Source: Octopus sinensis
Taxonomy: Eukaryota
Length of the DNA stretch: 52,845 bases
NCBI RefSeq assembly: GCF_006345805.1
Contig: NW_021835522.1
Location: 1 to 52,845 of the forward strand
Reading direction: 5' to 3'
Shown here: positions 48,654 through 52,845 of the stretch, in pieces
Numbering within the stretch: position 1 is the first letter of the stretch
Layout: every line of letters begins with the position of its first letter
Notes under the pieces: generated by a model
Database searches by the model: none
Told to the model about the DNA's origin: nothing
Seen by the model: the letters and a program-made list of their open reading frames with translations, nothing else
Translations under genes and position numbers: made by a program

Positions 48654-49583
48654 ATGTCCAGAGCCTGGAGACCTGACGAACTGGCGTTGTTCGTACGAGC
48701 CTGGAAATGCGCCTACGGAGATAACCCTAACAATGTGATTACGGCTGCGCTGAAGAGCGGTAGCTACAAAAGGACGATAGCTCAGATAGAGCGAAAGAAA
48801 CAGGAATTCATGCGCTCCTATGCGCTTGTACGGTCGCACATTGGCACACTTGATGCCATCTTTGAGAACGCGCAGGGCAAAGATGGCAAGAATAGAGACG
48901 ATGAAAGAAGTCACCCCCACCTGGTGGACACCCGGGAAGATGTTTTGAGTGAGAAACCTGCCCAGGAAGTGAACCCAAGTGCAATTGCTCTAATCGGCAG
49001 CCAGGGCCATGGAGATGGACAACCCATGGAAGAAGTAGAGGGAGGAAGAACTAAAAGAAGGACTGAGAGAGCTAAAGGAAAAGCTCAAGCAGGACCAATG
49101 GGTGAAACAACCAGGAATAGAAGTGGAACCGCAAAGGATGGAAAAAAACAGCGCACACGGGTGTGTAGGTTCTACCTGAGAGGTACCTGCTGGCATGGAA
49201 AGGAAGGTGCAGGCTGCCGCTTTGCACATCGGAGACCCTGCTGCAGAGACACGAAACAGATAAACAAACCATCAACACAAGGAAAAAGGATGGACCACGC
49301 ACCACCTGCCCCAAAACGGAGGTACGCAGATGTGGTGCGTGCCACAAACCGCCAACATGATGTTGTTGAAAGGGCAGCTGCTGAGCAGCAACCTTTTTTG
49401 TGCATGGCACAAAAGATTGTACAGCAGCTGACCTGGCTTCATCAAACCCACCTCGCAGGTGGGACTACCCACTATATACAAGACCACCACAGCAAACAGA
49501 CCCAGGATGGACACCGCCGGCAACAACATACACCTCACCTCGATGCTCCTACTGAACATCAGAGGACTGCAAACACTCAGTAA
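48654..49583 (+). CDS. LINE ORF1 protein (309 aa): Myb/SANT-like N-terminus, CCCH zinc finger
   Basis: Open ATG-to-TAA frame. WRPDELALFVRAW..ITAALKSGSYKRTIAQIERK and C-x7-C-x8-C-x3-H (CRFYLRGTCWHGKEGAGCRFAH). Confidence 0.75.
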   Translation: MSRAWRPDELALFVRAWKCAYGDNPNNVITAALKSGSYKRTIAQIERKKQEFMRSYALVRSHIGTLDAIFENAQGKDGKNRDDERSHPHLVDTREDVLSEKPAQEVNPSAIALIGSQGHGDGQPMEEVEGGRTKRRTERAKGKAQAGPMGETTRNRSGTAKDGKKQRTRVCRFYLRGTCWHGKEGAGCRFAHRRPCCRDTKQINKPSTQGKRMDHAPPAPKRRYADVVRATNRQHDVVERAAAEQQPFLCMAQKIVQQLTWLHQTHLAGGTTHYIQDHHSKQTQDGHRRQQHTPHLDAPTEHQRTANTQ

Positions 49584-52489
49584 CAGGACAAAAATCCCGT
49601 TCTTGAGAGACTTTGTTGCATGCAATCAAGCCTTATGCATAGCACTTACGGAAACGCACCTGAAACCGGACATAGCAGATGCGGAGTTACACATACCACA
49701 GTATGTTGTACTACGGACCGACAGAAAAGAAAGGAGTCACGGAGGAGTTGCTATGTACATCCGTGAGGACCTCACACCCAGGTCCTCTTGTCATACTCAA
49801 ACTCGGTGTGTGACACACTAATTGTACATATAAGGCAACTTGATGTAGTTGTGTGTGCTACATATCGCCCTCCAGATGCCCCAAGCCATGTGGGCAAGTT
49901 TGAAGACTGCCTTATAAAAATAGAAGTTCTAATCACATTAGAACAACACATAAGTGTACTTCTTATGGGAGACTTCAATCTACCAATGTCAGATGGCCCG
50001 AGGGCCTTTCTCTCCCAGGAAAGACAAGATGTGAACGAGGACAGGCGAGGTCCCTCCTGAACCTCATCAACACCCTGTACATGGAGCAAGTAATACTCCA
50101 ACCAACCAGGGCAGGTAACACACTGGATCTCTGCTTCACAAATGACATGGATCTGATCCATAATGTGAAGGTGACACCGACACTACTCTCGGATCACAAC
50201 ATGGTATAGCTGACCATGTACGGGCCAAAAGAGAGCACGGACATGCAGCCTACAAGAAACCCTCAGAATCTTTCCAGCTTGAACTACCATAAGGCAAACT
50301 GGAAACAAATTGGGAAAGAGATCCTCAAACAAAACTGGCCTGATGTCTCTCCTCGCCAGACATCGACGTGAAACTTCAACAATTCATGTCTGTAATGCAA
50401 GCCATATGCTACAAATGTGTCCCAGAGAGAAAGGCCACTGTACACAGAACAAAATCCCCAGAGAGAGGAAAAATTTAATATGAGACGGCGTACAAAACAT
50501 TTCAAATCGCCTAAACAAACAGATTGAAAGCAGTCCCGCCTAAAAATAAAATGTTGTAAATTGAAAAATGTCTGCAAATCTCCAATGAAAAGGAAAGAGC
50601 AGACAAAGAAGCCTGGGCTATAGACAACATAAAATCTAACCCCAGAGCTTTCTACAGGTATGCCAAAGAAACAGCTACTGTGCACTGTAGAATAGGGCCA
50701 CTCCTTGAAAAGGTTGGCACACTCACAGGAAAACCAATGAGGGTAAGTGAAATACTGAATGAGCAATTCAAGAGTGTTTTCACTCCACCCCTTGGGCATC
50801 TCCAAATCACCAATCCAACTGACTTCTTTACCACTGCAGATATAAAATCAGTGGCAGCGACGATAGATTACATCGATATAAAGGAAGACGATGTAATAAA
50901 GGCTATAGATGAAATGAAAACAGACTCAGATACTGGCCCCGATGGATTCCCGGCAATCCTCCTAAAAGCATGTAAGAGAGTCTTAGCAAGACCACTGCAG
51001 TTCCTCTTTCAGAGCTTCCTTGCAGCTGGCAAACTTCCAAGAAAACTGAAGGAAGGTAAAATATGCCCCATTCATAAAGGAGGTAGCAGAGCGGAGGCCA
51101 AGAACTACAGACCTATCTCTCTGACCTCACACATCAGCAAGGTCATGGAACGAATAGTCAGAAGGAAACTGATCACCTTCCTTGAAGAAAATGACTTGCT
51201 ACCCGACACCCAACATGGGTTACGACCAGGGAGAAGCTGCTTAACTCAGCTCCTACAACACTATGACTGGGTGTTGAAAGGCTGCTCAACCACTCAAATG
51301 TGGAAGTGATATATCTCGACTTTGCAAAGGCCTTTGATAAAGTCGATCATGGAATGATATATCACAAACTGCGTGATCTCAACATAGTTGGAAAACTGGG
51401 AGAATGGCTTCATGACTTTCTGAAAGATAGAAGTCAGGTGGTAGTAGGGGCCACTTCCATTAACACGCAAATAGTGAGCGGTGTTCCGCAGGGCACAGTT
51501 CTGGGACCACTACTGTTCATAATGGCCCTCTCAGACATGCCCTCAGCCACGCAGACAGCCACGATCACAAGTTATGCAGATGATACAAAAGTTTCACAGG
51601 AAATACAGAACCCTGAGGACACTAAACGCCTGCAATGTGAGCTGGACAAAATATACAAGTGGGCAGAAAAGAATAGCATGCAGTTCAATGCTGAAAAGTT
51701 TCAAACTTTATACTATAAGCATGCAAAACTAAATGCAATACCCAATGAATACACTGGACCCGGAGGAATAGCAATCCCAGAGGCACAATCAGTGCGTGAC
51801 CTGGGTATTTACATGAGTAATGACGCAACCTTTCGTGTACATGTTGCTAAATTGGCAATGAAATGTAGAAGACTGGCCACATTGATTCTCAGAACCTTTA
51901 GAACAAGAGAACAAGAAACCATGATGGTCCTCTGGAGGACACTTGTCCTAAGCCACTTTGACTATTGCTCTCAGTTATGGTCACCATCCAGTGTCAAGTT
52001 GATCAGAGAGCTCGAGGCGATCCAGCGTAGCTACACGAAGAAGATAGCCTCTATGCAGAATGTAAGCTACTGGGAAAGACTCAAGAGATTAAAACTATAT
52101 TCCTTGGAGCGTAGGCGGGAAAGATATGCCATAATATACATCTGGAAGATCCTGGAGGGACGTGTCCCAAACTTTGGCATCGAGAGTTACACAAATGCCA
52201 GAACTGGGCGCCACTGCGTGGTGCCTAGGACTCCAAATTTGCCATCAAGATGTAGGACAAGATACTGCTGATACTGGATAGTTGGGCTCCGAGGCCCACT
52301 GCTCTTCAATATCCTCCCGAAGAACCTGAGAGACCTGCATGGGGTGGATGCAGATGTCTTTAAAATGGAACTGGATCTCTTCCTGTCAGTGTCCCAGATG
52401 AACCAACTTCACGGCAGGAGGTGCAGATGAGGGCAGCTGCATCGAACTCTCTCATGCACCAAATGGCAGTTGCTAAAAAGCTTTCGTGA
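49543..52489 (+). pseudogene. LINE ORF2 (APE endonuclease + RT), disrupted by several frameshifts/stops
   Basis: Pieces 49459-49821, 49788-50060, 50680-51309 and 51300-52271 in different frames. Predicted natural stop TGA at 52487-52489. Confidence 0.9.
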
Positions 52490-52590
52490 GGTAAAACCAA
52501 GTAGCAACACCAAATGGCGGTGCCCCAGCATGGCCACAGCTCATGAGCTGAAAGTAGAATCAATCAATCAATCAATCAATACATACATAC

Positions 52591-52635
<45 letters not shown>

Positions 52636-52669
52636 CATACACATATATATATATATATACATACATATA

Positions 52670-52701
<32 letters not shown>

Positions 52702-52734
52702 ACATTATATATATACATATACATATATATATAC

Positions 52735-52800
52735 ATCCTTAGATCCTTAAAAATGTCTTAGACCGAAGGCCGCGGCCATGCTGGGGAACCACCGCTGAAT
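52735..52800 (-). mobile_element. Short 3' tail of a related LINE/SINE
   Basis: Minus strand GCGGTGGTTCCCCAGCATGGCCGCGGCCTTCGGTCTAAGAC followed by AAGGATCT-type repeats. Confidence 0.55.
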
Positions 52801-52845
52801 GAGCTACACTAATATGTGAAACCACCTCTGATACGTGGCACTTGA

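Larger units (their letters stand above)
48625..52580 (+). mobile_element. Near full-length CR1-like LINE family A (ORF1 + frameshifted ORF2 + (ATCA)n tail)
   Basis: ORF1 48654-49583, APE endonuclease from 49543, RT motifs 51100-51600, 3' hairpin 52537-52550, (ATCA)n at ~52558-52580. Confidence 0.93.

Overview
Eukaryotic, AT-rich, microsatellite-rich genomic DNA. The repeat families and (TA)n/(CAT)n landscape look like an octopus/cephalopod genome (inference from remembered repeat sequences, not a database search). The only host-gene signal is three phase-compatible GT-AG exons on the minus strand (20321-20477, 10093-10202, 1773-1861). They join into the N-terminal SLOG/MHR1-2 region of a TRPM-family (or sister TRPS) cation channel: ...LDPNHSHFILVENGT...IPAVVVLVGGELETL...IPVVIVKDSGRAADIMAKAY. 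Everything else appears intronic: RTE-clade LINE copies (RT with an embedded PHD-like finger, (GAT)n tail, VNTR in the 3' UTR), two CR1-like LINE families (one near full length at ~48.6-52.6 kb, with an ORF1 carrying a Myb/SANT-like N-terminus and a CCCH finger), tRNA-like SINEs whose 3' hairpin matches the CR1-like tail, a putative non-autonomous Helitron with both termini, a decayed Helitron PIF1 helicase, several fold-back/inverted structures, and a ~15.4-kb two-monomer (85 + 47 bp) pyrimidine/purine-asymmetric satellite with higher-order repeats. The giant ORFs in the ORF track come from this satellite and from microsatellites, and I do not call them genes. No prokaryotic-type system or CRISPR array is present. 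I see no proven new biological system; the best leads are the satellite, the CR1 ORF1 architecture and SINE partnership, and the Helitron remains. Exon coordinates were counted base by base; TE boundaries are approximate (about +/-20-50 bp).
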